Shown here: positions 33,700 through 41,840 of the stretch, piece after piece
Numbering within the stretch: the first letter of the stretch is position 1
Layout: the number at the start of each line of letters is the position of its first letter
DNA from: an uncultured Solirubrobacter sp.
GTDB taxonomy: Bacteria > Actinomycetota > Thermoleophilia > Solirubrobacterales > Solirubrobacteraceae
NCBI GenBank assembly: GCA_937871635.1
Contig: CALMNS010000008.1
Location: 1-41,962, forward strand
Direction of reading: 5' to 3'
DNA: 41,962 bases
The notes under the pieces: model-generated
The model's input: the letters and a program-made list of their open reading frames with translations, nothing else
What the model was told of the DNA's origin: nothing
Databases searched by the model: none
Made by a program: the position numbers and the translations under genes

Positions 33700-34923
33700 T
33701 CAGACACCGGCAAGTCGTGGGTCGAGGGCGTCGGCGAGGAAGGGCCTCAGCGCCTCGAGGAACTCGACCGGGTTCTCTGTCATCGGGTAGTGGCCGGTAC
33801 CCTCGAGCACCACGATGCGGCTGCCCTGGATGCGGGCGGCGGTCTCCTCGACCATCTCCTGGGTGACCAGCCAGTCCGCGTCGCCGCGGATCAGCAGGAC
33901 GGGAGCGCGGATCGCGCCGAGCGCCTCACGCTGGTCGAACGCCGTGTAACCCGTCAGGTCGGCTTTGATGATCTGCGGCGTCGCCCGGCACAGCTGCCAC
34001 ACGACCTCCTCAGCGCGATCCGGTGGGGTTCGAGGGCCGGTGAGCGAGCGGGCGAACACCTCGGCGAGGACCGATCCGTTGGCGTCAAGCATGTCCAGCG
34101 TGAACTCGTCGATCGTCGGCGTGTGCGCCGCCCCTTCGCACGAGACGATCGCCCGGTACCCCTCCGGTCGGCGAGCGCCGAGCTCGAGCACCATGTTGCC
34201 GGCCATCGAGCAGCCCATGACGATCGGCCGGTCGAGCTCGAGGGCGTCCATGAAGTGCTCGTTGAACTCGGCGTGCTGGGTGATGTCGGTGAACGGGCCC
34301 GCACCCGGCATCAGCGTCTTGCCGTGTCCTGGGGCGTCGAGGGTGATGACCCGGTAGCGGTCCGAGAGGCCGTCGAGCACGTGGCGGAACATCAGCGTGT
34401 CCTGGCACGCCGCGTGCAGACACACGAGCGGAGCACCTGAGCCCGCCTCCTCGAAGTACGTGCGGATCCCGTCCACCGTGACGTACCCACCGACCGTCTT
34501 GGCCGGGACCTGACGCGGAGCTGCGGAGGGCTCCACGGTCCCGACGCCGGAGAGGCGGCGCATCGCCTCGAGGGTGAAGTGCAGGGTGCGCATCTCGTGC
34601 ATCGCGAGCACCACATCGCCGTCGAGGCTGACCTCGCCGATGGCCCCGCCGCTGATGAGGTCGAACTCGCCGTCGAGCATCCGCGACCAGGCGGCGTCGC
34701 TGGCCTGCACGGTGAAGTCCGTCCCGTGCGCCGCCGGACCGGCCGTGAGGGCGGCGACCCGCCCGTCGGCCACCTCGACGACCAGGCCGCCCGTGTCGTG
34801 CCGGAGTTCGAAGGACCCGAGGAACCGGCGCGACGCGTTGCGCCACGCTGGGTCCCTGCCGAGCTCGTCGCGCAGGCGCTCGACCCACTCGGGATCGGCG
34901 AACGTCGCGTCAGCGGTCGACAT
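33700..34923 (-). CDS. SCP2 (sterol-carrier-like) domain fused to an alpha/beta hydrolase
   Basis: The N-terminus PEWVERLRDELGRDPAWRNASRRFLGSFELRHD...FTVQASDAAWSRMLDGEFDLISGGAIGEVSLDGDVVLAM is SCP2-like. The C-half APLVCLHAACQD...IVMGCSMAGNMVLELG...GTGHYPMTENP is an alpha/beta fold with a GxSxA elbow. Start trimmed to ATG 34923. Confidence 0.75.
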   Translation of the reverse strand: MSTADATFADPEWVERLRDELGRDPAWRNASRRFLGSFELRHDTGGLVVEVADGRVAALTAGPAAHGTDFTVQASDAAWSRMLDGEFDLISGGAIGEVSLDGDVVLAMHEMRTLHFTLEAMRRLSGVGTVEPSAAPRQVPAKTVGGYVTVDGIRTYFEEAGSGAPLVCLHAACQDTLMFRHVLDGLSDRYRVITLDAPGHGKTLMPGAGPFTDITQHAEFNEHFMDALELDRPIVMGCSMAGNMVLELGARRPEGYRAIVSCEGAAHTPTIDEFTLDMLDANGSVLAEVFARSLTGPRTPPDRAEEVVWQLCRATPQIIKADLTGYTAFDQREALGAIRAPVLLIRGDADWLVTQEMVEETAARIQGSRIVVLEGTGHYPMTENPVEFLEALRPFLADALDPRLAGV

Positions 34924-35770
34924 GGGCCGCCCCCTCCGGCGAGCGGGCGCCCTTCTGCACGGAGTCGAAGTGCTCAAGGGCGCGGGGGTTGACGAGCTCG
35001 GGCGCTTCGAGCAGTGGGCTGTGGCCGACGCCGGCCAGCCGCCACAGCTCGGAGTTCGGCAGGTGGTCGTGGAGCTCGTCTGCCCACTCCGTCGGCCGGG
35101 GCATGTCCTCGGCGCCCGTGACCACGAGCGTCGGCGCTTCGATGCCGGGCAGGAGATCCACGACGCTGGCGCGCTCGATGACGCCGGTGAACGCCGGCCT
35201 CAAGCCGGTCGGAAGCGCGGCGAACTCGTTGCGGTAGTGCTCGACGAGGTCGGCCTTGCTCGGGTCCGACCGGGTCGTGGCGCCGAACATCACTTCCACG
35301 AGCAGCTCCAGGAGGTCGTCGACGAAGCCCCGCTCACTGAAGTCCTGGACGAACTGCCGAAAGCGATCGAGCTGCTCGTCAGGTTCGGAGCGCGCCGAGG
35401 ACCCGGTGATCACGATCGAGCGCGTGAGCTCGGGTCGGCGCCCGGCGACGCGCAGGCCGACGTCCCCGCCCATCGACGAGAGCAACCAGTGGACCGGGCC
35501 GAGCTCGAGCGCGTCGAGCACCGCTTCGATGTCCCTCGCGCACTCGTCCATCGTGACGATGTCGCCGCTCGCGGGGGGATTGCGACCCTGGCCGCGGAAG
35601 TCGGGACGCACGACGCGGTAGCGGCCGGCGGCGTCGGCGGCGAACCGGTCGAACATCCGCCCGTCCATGAACAGCGAGTGGAGGGCCACGACGACCGGCA
35701 GGTCGCGTTCACCCGAGTCCTCGACGTACAGCTCGGCGCCCGGAACCGGGACTTGTGTGGATGGAGACAT
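34910..35770 (-). CDS. alpha/beta hydrolase
   Basis: LPVVVALHSLFMDGRMF...HWLLSSMGGDVGLRVA...GVGHSPLLEAPE. The nucleophile elbow is SSMGG, compared with the usual HSMGG. Confidence 0.8.
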   Translation of the reverse strand: MSPSTQVPVPGAELYVEDSGERDLPVVVALHSLFMDGRMFDRFAADAAGRYRVVRPDFRGQGRNPPASGDIVTMDECARDIEAVLDALELGPVHWLLSSMGGDVGLRVAGRRPELTRSIVITGSSARSEPDEQLDRFRQFVQDFSERGFVDDLLELLVEVMFGATTRSDPSKADLVEHYRNEFAALPTGLRPAFTGVIERASVVDLLPGIEAPTLVVTGAEDMPRPTEWADELHDHLPNSELWRLAGVGHSPLLEAPELVNPRALEHFDSVQKGARSPEGAAHVDR

Positions 35771-35776
35771 AGGCGA

Positions 35777-35806
35777 ACACTACTCCCAATGTGAAGGCGC
35801 CGTCAA
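35777..35806 (-). promoter_or_regulatory. candidate promoter giving a leaderless or near-leaderless hydrolase mRNA
   Basis: The minus strand reads TTGACG, 18 nt, TAGTGT (TANNNT), 6 nt, then ATG at 35770. Confidence 0.4.
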
Positions 35807-35868
35807 GTTCGACTCATCGGCGCCCCGGCGAGGGCTGCGGCTGCCGCCGCCCACCCCCTCCGCAACGT

Positions 35869-37635
35869 TCAGATCAGGAGCTTCCACTCGCGGCTGGCGA
35901 AGGAGGAGACCGTCTCCTTGAACGAGCTGTCGCCGGAGATGCGAACGTCGATGACGGTCGGGACGGACGGCTCAGCGACGCTCGCCTCGATCGCTGCAAC
36001 GAACTCGTCCGGTGTGCGGACGAGGTGCCCGCGGCAACCAAGCGACCGCGCGATGACCGCGTGGTCGAAGTCGTGGAACTCGGAGGCGATGACCCGCTCG
36101 CTCTGGTCATGCTTGACCCAACCGAGCATCTGGTTGTTGAGGACGACGACGAGGATCGGCAGCTGCGCTTCCACGGCGGTCATCAAGCCGTTCATCGCCA
36201 TGGAGAACCCGCCGTCACCGCAGACCGCGACCGCCATGCGCTCGGGCTCGGCGAGCTTGGCCCCGAGGGCGGCCGGGATCGCGAACCCCATCCCGCCGAT
36301 CCCGGCCGCCTGGATGAACCCGTTGGCGGCGCCCGACCGGAAGTGGTGCGCCATGAACAGACGGTTCTCGCCCGCGTCGCAGCACGCGACCGCGTGACTC
36401 GGCAGCCGGTCCGACAGCTCACGCACGACGCGCTGCGGAAGCAGAGGGACTGCGTCGGAGGACGACGCGGAGGTCTCGAAGCCGCCGAGTTCCTCGTCGG
36501 CGAGCCGCTGCTCGACGGCCGCCGCGCCCGTCGACGGTCCCAGCTCGCGGAGCGCCGCGTCCAGCCGCTCGAGGGTGGCGCGGGCGTCACCGACCAGAGC
36601 GCAGGCCGGGAAGGTCCAGCCGGCGTTGCGCGGCTCCTTGTCGATCTGGAAGAGCTGCTGCCGGGTCGGGTCGATCAGCTCCGGGTTCTCGCCGCACGTG
36701 TCGACCGGACCGAGCTTCGTCCCGACCGCGATGACGACGTCCGCTCGAGCGAGCGTCGCGTTCGCCTGCTCCAGTCCGAAGGTCCCCATCAGGCCGAGCA
36801 CCAGCGGATGGCGCTCCGGCAGTGCGCCCTTGCCGCCGTTGGTGGTCACCACCGGCGCGCCGGCCGTCGCGGCGAACGCGAGCAGCGAGTCGGCGGCGCC
36901 CGACATGCGCACGCCGTTGCCAGCCACGATCACCGGCCGCTCGGCATGGGCGATCGCGCGCGCCGCCTGCGTCACGGCCACGTCGTCGGCCGCTCGTCGG
37001 TCGCCCTGGACGTAGTGGTTCGTCGGGTACAGTCGTGGCAGCCCGTCGGCGACGACCTCCCCGGTCAGCGCGACGCTGTCGAACGCCACCGCGACCGGTC
37101 CGGGCTGGCCCGCCAGGCAGTGCTTGACCGCGAGCTGCACGGCCTGGACCGCCTGCACCGGGGTCCGGGCCACCGTCGTGAGCTTGGTGATCCCCTCGAG
37201 GCTCTGCCGGATGTCCCAGTTGCCGTACTCGCCGGTCGCCGACTGGTACGCGGCGTGATGCGAGAGCACGCCGCCGTCGGTGAAGTCGGTGAGGACGATC
37301 ATCGGCGTCGACGCCGTGAGCGCCTCGAGCATGCCCATCGCGGCGTTGGAGATCACCCAGGGCCCCTGGGCGAGCAGGACCGCCGGGCGGCCGGTCTGCT
37401 TGCCGTACGTCTCGGCCATGACCGACGCGATCGACTCCTCGCGGACGAGCACGGTCCGGATCTCGTCGCGATGGTCGTGCAGCGCGTCGAAGATCACGTG
37501 CGTGTTGCCGCCCGGGATGCCGAGCACCGCCTCGACGCCTGCACCGACGAGCGCCTGGACGATGGCCTCCCCAGGAGCCAAGGGCCCGTCGAACAGCAGG
37601 TCGGGCGCCGTGCCGGCGCTCTGGCGGAGGCTCAC
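35869..37635 (-). CDS. thiamine-diphosphate-dependent enzyme (acetolactate synthase / 2-hydroxyacyl-CoA lyase / benzoylformate decarboxylase superfamily)
   Basis: GVEAVLGIPGGNTHVIFDAL...VLVREESIASVMAETYGK is the Pyr domain with a catalytic Glu. GDGGFSMAMNGLMTAVEAQLPILVVVLNN is the ThDP-binding GDG...NN motif. GTG start overlaps the ligase stop (GTGA). Confidence 0.9.
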   Translation of the reverse strand: MSLRQSAGTAPDLLFDGPLAPGEAIVQALVGAGVEAVLGIPGGNTHVIFDALHDHRDEIRTVLVREESIASVMAETYGKQTGRPAVLLAQGPWVISNAAMGMLEALTASTPMIVLTDFTDGGVLSHHAAYQSATGEYGNWDIRQSLEGITKLTTVARTPVQAVQAVQLAVKHCLAGQPGPVAVAFDSVALTGEVVADGLPRLYPTNHYVQGDRRAADDVAVTQAARAIAHAERPVIVAGNGVRMSGAADSLLAFAATAGAPVVTTNGGKGALPERHPLVLGLMGTFGLEQANATLARADVVIAVGTKLGPVDTCGENPELIDPTRQQLFQIDKEPRNAGWTFPACALVGDARATLERLDAALRELGPSTGAAAVEQRLADEELGGFETSASSSDAVPLLPQRVVRELSDRLPSHAVACCDAGENRLFMAHHFRSGAANGFIQAAGIGGMGFAIPAALGAKLAEPERMAVAVCGDGGFSMAMNGLMTAVEAQLPILVVVLNNQMLGWVKHDQSERVIASEFHDFDHAVIARSLGCRGHLVRTPDEFVAAIEASVAEPSVPTVIDVRISGDSSFKETVSSFASREWKLLI

Positions 37636-39236
37636 GCGACGCCCTGGCCGGTAGGGGCGACGTCGGTGCCGCGCACGGCGGCCACGTCGATCTCCCGCTT
37701 GAGGATCTTCCCGGTCGGGCCCTTGGGGAGGGCGTCCACGACCTGCAGGAGGTGCGGCACCTTGTAGGCCGACAGCGACCGCTTGGCCCAGGCTCGCAGC
37801 GGCTCGAGCTCGAGGTGGGCGCCCTCGCGGACCGCGACCACCGCGGCGACCTCCTCACCGAGATGATCATCGGGGACGCCCACCACCGCCGCCTCGACGA
37901 TGTCCGGATGCTGGTAGAGGACCTCCTCCACCTCGCTCGGATAGACGTTGTAGCCGCCGCGGATGATGAGCTCCTTCTTTCGCCCGACGATCCGGACGTC
38001 GCCGTCGGCATCCTTGGTGCCGAGATCGCCGGTACGGAGCCATCCTCCGCGCAGCGCCTCTGCGGTCGCCTCCGGCCGCCGCCAGTAGCCCTTCATGACC
38101 GAAGGGCCGCGGTAGCAGACCTCCCCCACCTCGTCGACCGGCGCCTCGGAGTCATCGTCGAGGCGGATCTGGACCTCGCCGCCCGGCAGGGCGATCCCGA
38201 CGCACGCCGGCTTGCGCGGCCGGTCGAGACCGTTGAACGTCGCCGCTCCGGTCGTTTCCGACAGCCCGTACCCCTCGAGGATGATGCAGCCGAAACGCTC
38301 CTCGAAGGCGCGCAGGACCTCCGTCGGCAGCGACGCGCCGCCCGAGACCGCCAGCCGGAGGTCGTCGAAGTCGCCAGGACGGGCAAGTCCGCCTGACCGC
38401 AAGAGGGCGTTCCACATCGTCGGCACGCCGGCCATCGCGGTCAGGCGATCGCGGCGAAGCATGTCGAGCAGCGCGCCCACTTCGAAGCGTTCGAGCAGCG
38501 ACAGGCTGCCGCCCGAGCGCATGACGGTGCCCATCACGACCGCTTGGCCGAACACGTGGAACAGTGGGAGGGCCGTGCCGAAGCGGTCGTTGGCCGAGAG
38601 CTGCATGACCTCGGTGAACGCCGTCGCGCACGCCACGAGGTTGCCGTGCGTGACCTCGGCACCCTTCGGCCGGCCGGTCGTGCCGGAGGTGTAGAGGATC
38701 ACCGCCGTGCGGTCCGGTGCAACGGTTGCCGGGTCGCCGGCGGGATCGCCGCCCGTCAGGCCGCCGAGGTCGTCCTCGAGCACCCAGTGCGGCAGGCCGA
38801 GGGTGCTCGCCGCCTGTCGGCTGGCGTCGCCCGCGTCGTGCCAGGCGAGGGTCAGGCTCACTCCGGCGTCGTCGGCGAAGTACTCGAGCTCCCGGCGAGT
38901 CGACATGGTGTTGGCCGTGACGGCGACGGCGCCGGCGGCCAGGATCCCGTAGTAGGCGGCGGCGAACTCGGGAACGCTCGGCGCGACGAGCAGCACCCGG
39001 TCACCAGGTGCGATCCCGGCCCGGGTCAGATGTCCAGTGACGGCGGCGGACCGCTGCCCCAGGACGCCGGAGCTCCAGGTCCCCCGTGCCCCGACGAGCG
39101 CGTCGCCCTCGGGAGCGTTCACTGCGCGATCCCACACGATGTCGGCCGCGTTGGCCAAGTTCTCCTCCTGCGCCGGGACGGACGGCCGCCCAGGACCGAT
39201 CCGTGTAATTGCCAAGGCCGCACGGTCTATCATCAT
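37632..39236 (-). CDS. AMP-dependent acyl/aryl-CoA ligase (ANL superfamily)
   Basis: ILYTSGTTGRPKGAEVTH, GYGLSETTG, WLRTGDLG, GRKKELIIRGGYNVYP, PKGPTGKILKRE are all ANL core motifs. The exact start is uncertain. Confidence 0.9.
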   Translation of the reverse strand: MMIDRAALAITRIGPGRPSVPAQEENLANAADIVWDRAVNAPEGDALVGARGTWSSGVLGQRSAAVTGHLTRAGIAPGDRVLLVAPSVPEFAAAYYGILAAGAVAVTANTMSTRRELEYFADDAGVSLTLAWHDAGDASRQAASTLGLPHWVLEDDLGGLTGGDPAGDPATVAPDRTAVILYTSGTTGRPKGAEVTHGNLVACATAFTEVMQLSANDRFGTALPLFHVFGQAVVMGTVMRSGGSLSLLERFEVGALLDMLRRDRLTAMAGVPTMWNALLRSGGLARPGDFDDLRLAVSGGASLPTEVLRAFEERFGCIILEGYGLSETTGAATFNGLDRPRKPACVGIALPGGEVQIRLDDDSEAPVDEVGEVCYRGPSVMKGYWRRPEATAEALRGGWLRTGDLGTKDADGDVRIVGRKKELIIRGGYNVYPSEVEEVLYQHPDIVEAAVVGVPDDHLGEEVAAVVAVREGAHLELEPLRAWAKRSLSAYKVPHLLQVVDALPKGPTGKILKREIDVAAVRGTDVAPTGQGVA

Positions 39237-39316
39237 TTGATCTTGACCTCAAGTTCGAATTACCCGCGGCCAGCCGGCGGGCAAGCGTCCGATCAGGCGC
39301 GAAGGAGGACCACGCA

Positions 39317-40312
39317 GTGACCAGCATCCCCATCGTCGGAGGCGAGATCGACGCATCCGAGCTCGGCAGGACCCTGATGCACGAGCACATCTTCCTTCGG
39401 TCGCCGGAGTTGCAGGAGGCGTGGCCGGGATTCGCCGGATGGGATGATGACGCCGCCGTCGCCGTCGCCCGCGAGAAGCTCACGGCGGTGAAGGCGTCGG
39501 GGATCGACACGATCGTCGACATGACGGCACCTGGGCTCGGGCGCAACATCGGGCTGATCCGCCGGGCCGTGGAGGGGACCGGTCTTCAGGTCATCGTCGT
39601 CACCGGCTACTACACCTTCACGACGCTGCCCTGGCCGATGCAGTTCAACGGGCCCGGCAAGCTCTTCAACGGCGACGACGAGTCAGACGACTACCTCGTC
39701 GACCTCTTCGTCCGAGACGTTCAGGAAGGCATCGAAGGAAGCGGCATCCGCGCCGGAGCGATCAAGTGCTGCACCGACGAGCCGGGAGTCACGGCCGACA
39801 TAGGACGGCTCATCCGTGCCGTCGGGCGCGCGCATCTCAAGACGGCCGCTCCCATCATGACCCACTCCCACGCCGGGTCCCGGCGTGGCCTCGACCAGCA
39901 GCGCATCCTGCGGGAGGAGGGCGTGGACCTGTCGCGGGTGCTCATCGGCCACTCGAACGAGACCGCCGACGTCGACTACTGCATCGAGCTCATCGAGGCC
40001 GGCTCCTATCTCGGCTTCGACCGCTGCGGGCTCGCAGCCTTCGTACCGCTCGAGACGCAGCTCGAGACGCTCGTCGCGCTCTGCCGACGCGGATACAGCG
40101 AGCGCATCGTGCTCTCGCACGATGTGAGCTGCGCGACCGACTGGTGGTCCGAGCGGGACGTCCGGGCGGCATTACCGGACTGGCACTACGGCTACATCCA
40201 GCAGAACCTCATCCCGGAGCTGCTCGAGCGCGGCGTCGCGGAAGACCAGGTCGACGCGATGATGCGAGCCAACCCCCGCGCCTTCCTCGGCGGGGGCGCC
40301 CGGCCTGGCTGA
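39317..40312 (+). CDS. phosphotriesterase-family protein (phosphotriesterase-like lactonase candidate)
   Basis: GTG 39317 lies 7 nt after GAAGGAGGA. Metal-ligand positions are all present: LMHEHIF (HxH), AIKCCTD (Lys), IMTHSHAG, LIGHSNE, VLSHDVS (Asp). Confidence 0.85.
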   Translation: MTSIPIVGGEIDASELGRTLMHEHIFLRSPELQEAWPGFAGWDDDAAVAVAREKLTAVKASGIDTIVDMTAPGLGRNIGLIRRAVEGTGLQVIVVTGYYTFTTLPWPMQFNGPGKLFNGDDESDDYLVDLFVRDVQEGIEGSGIRAGAIKCCTDEPGVTADIGRLIRAVGRAHLKTAAPIMTHSHAGSRRGLDQQRILREEGVDLSRVLIGHSNETADVDYCIELIEAGSYLGFDRCGLAAFVPLETQLETLVALCRRGYSERIVLSHDVSCATDWWSERDVRAALPDWHYGYIQQNLIPELLERGVAEDQVDAMMRANPRAFLGGGARPG

Positions 40313-40330
40313 CCGGCGCGAGCGTGCTCG

Positions 40331-40912
40331 TCACGAGGCGACGGGAACCGCGGCCGTGACGGCGCCGCGCAACTCGTGCAGCGAGTCCTGGATGAGTCGG
40401 TCGAGGGGGTGCTCGTTGGCCGGGTCCACCCAGCGCTCGAACGCGACCCGGAAGACGGTGATCCCCGTCTCGGCCGCAAGGATGGCGGCAAGGTCGCCGA
40501 CCCCGCGGAGGCGCAGCGCCTGCGCCACGGCCGCGGCCAGCGTCGCGAGCTTGATCCGCTCGCGCTCCTGCAGCTCCGGGTTCGCGGCGATGACCCGCTG
40601 GCGCCGGACGGAGAACTCCTTGCGCGGCTCGAGCATCGTGGCGGCGGCGTCCAGGGCGGCGGCCACCGGGTCGAGCGGCACCGTGAACGGCGGGGCGCTG
40701 CCGACCGCGGCCACTATGAGCTCCTCGAGCTCCTCGGAGCCGCGGAAGAGCACCTCGCGCTTATCTGCGAAGTAGCGGAAGAACGTCCGCTTGGTCAGCC
40801 CGGCCGCCTCGGCGATCTCGGCGACGGTGGTCTGGTCGAACCCGCGCTCGCCGTAGAGGGCGAGGGCGGCGCGCTGCAGCCTGCCGAGGGCGTCCGGTTC
40901 CCATCGAGCCAT
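40331..40912 (-). CDS. TetR/AcrR-family transcriptional regulator
   Basis: LQRAALALYGERGFDQTTVAEIAEAAGLTKRTFFRYFADKREVLF is a TetR HTH. The ORF extends to 40936; ATG 40912 (MARWEPD) is also possible. Confidence 0.85.
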   Translation of the reverse strand: MARWEPDALGRLQRAALALYGERGFDQTTVAEIAEAAGLTKRTFFRYFADKREVLFRGSEELEELIVAAVGSAPPFTVPLDPVAAALDAAATMLEPRKEFSVRRQRVIAANPELQERERIKLATLAAAVAQALRLRGVGDLAAILAAETGITVFRVAFERWVDPANEHPLDRLIQDSLHELRGAVTAAVPVAS

Positions 40913-41097
40913 GCGTCGGAGTGTAGTCGTTGGCACCTTGTGACATCATCTCCGGGTGGCGGGCGCGGCCCGCTACTGCGGCGCCCGCGAACGACCGTGC
41001 CGGGACTCGCCGCGGCGCCGATCACGTACGGCAAGCGCCCTGAGCTCGTGCCGACCATGGCACCCGAGCGCAGTGGATCGTTGACGAACGCCGCCGC

Positions 41098-41216
41098 TCA
41101 GAGCAGCGAGCCACCTCCGTCTACGGCGAGCTCCGCGCCGGTGGTGAACGTCGCGTCGAACGCGAGGAACTCAATCGCCTTGAGTCGATCCGCGAGCGGC
41201 GCACCGCCGCGCGCGA
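41098..41216 (-). pseudogene. SDR C-terminal relic (about 39 codons)
   Basis: ...RGGAPLADRLKAIEFLAFDATFTTGAELAVDGGGSLL* is the typical SDR C-terminus (FLASD..F.TG..L.VDGG). Everything upstream is replaced by the 3' end of a TetR gene. Confidence 0.4.
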
Positions 41217-41795
41217 CTAGGGCACGAGAGCTCGTGCGACGACCTGCCGCAGCACCTCCCGGCGGCGCTCGTGATCGGCCTCGTCGTCCTCGGGTGACGC
41301 GGTGAAGGTCGCGCTGACCGGCGACCACGTACCGGCCAGCGCGATGATCAGCGCGTAGACCTCGTCGGGCCGGATGCCGGCCACGATCTGCCCGTCGGCC
41401 TGGGCGCGTGCGATCGCGTCGTACTTGGCGTCGGCGTGCCCGGGGTGCGCGGCGAGCAGCTCCCCGGTCGGGACCCGCTCGAGCCGGTTCCAGCTGGCCA
41501 GGCGGACGAGCTCCGGGTCGGTCACGTACGAGTCGTAGAGCGCGACGGCGTAGGCGGGCAGGTCGTCGGGCCTGAACGGGACGACGTCGATGATGCGGTG
41601 CAGGTGCTCACCGAACGCGGCCTCGAACAGTCCCTCCTTCGATCCGAACCAGCCGTACATCTGCGCCTTGTTGACCCCGGCCGTCGCGGCGATGCGGTCG
41701 ACCCGGGCACCGGCGATGCCGAAGGCGGCGAACTCGGCGGTCGCCGCCTCGAGCAGGCGCTGTCGGCTGCGCTGACCGTCCCGCACTGGGCTCAT
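41217..41795 (-). CDS. TetR/AcrR-family transcriptional regulator
   Basis: SRQRLLEAATAEFAAFGIAGARVDRIAATAGVNKAQMYGWFGSKEGLFEAAF is a TetR HTH. Start is ATG 41795, or 41819 at the ORF limit. Confidence 0.85.
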   Translation of the reverse strand: MSPVRDGQRSRQRLLEAATAEFAAFGIAGARVDRIAATAGVNKAQMYGWFGSKEGLFEAAFGEHLHRIIDVVPFRPDDLPAYAVALYDSYVTDPELVRLASWNRLERVPTGELLAAHPGHADAKYDAIARAQADGQIVAGIRPDEVYALIIALAGTWSPVSATFTASPEDDEADHERRREVLRQVVARALVP

Positions 41796-41840
41796 GCGCC
41801 ACACTGTAGAAGAAACCAACCAGTTGGTACTGTCGTCGCC

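Noticed and set aside
39237-39316. A clear sigma70-type promoter pair in the ligase/lactonase divergent spacer.
   Set aside because: TTGATC and TTGACC hexamers and a CTTGA-CC-TCAAG dyad are present. I could not pair them with a convincing TANNNT -10 at proper spacing on either strand, so no promoter is called.
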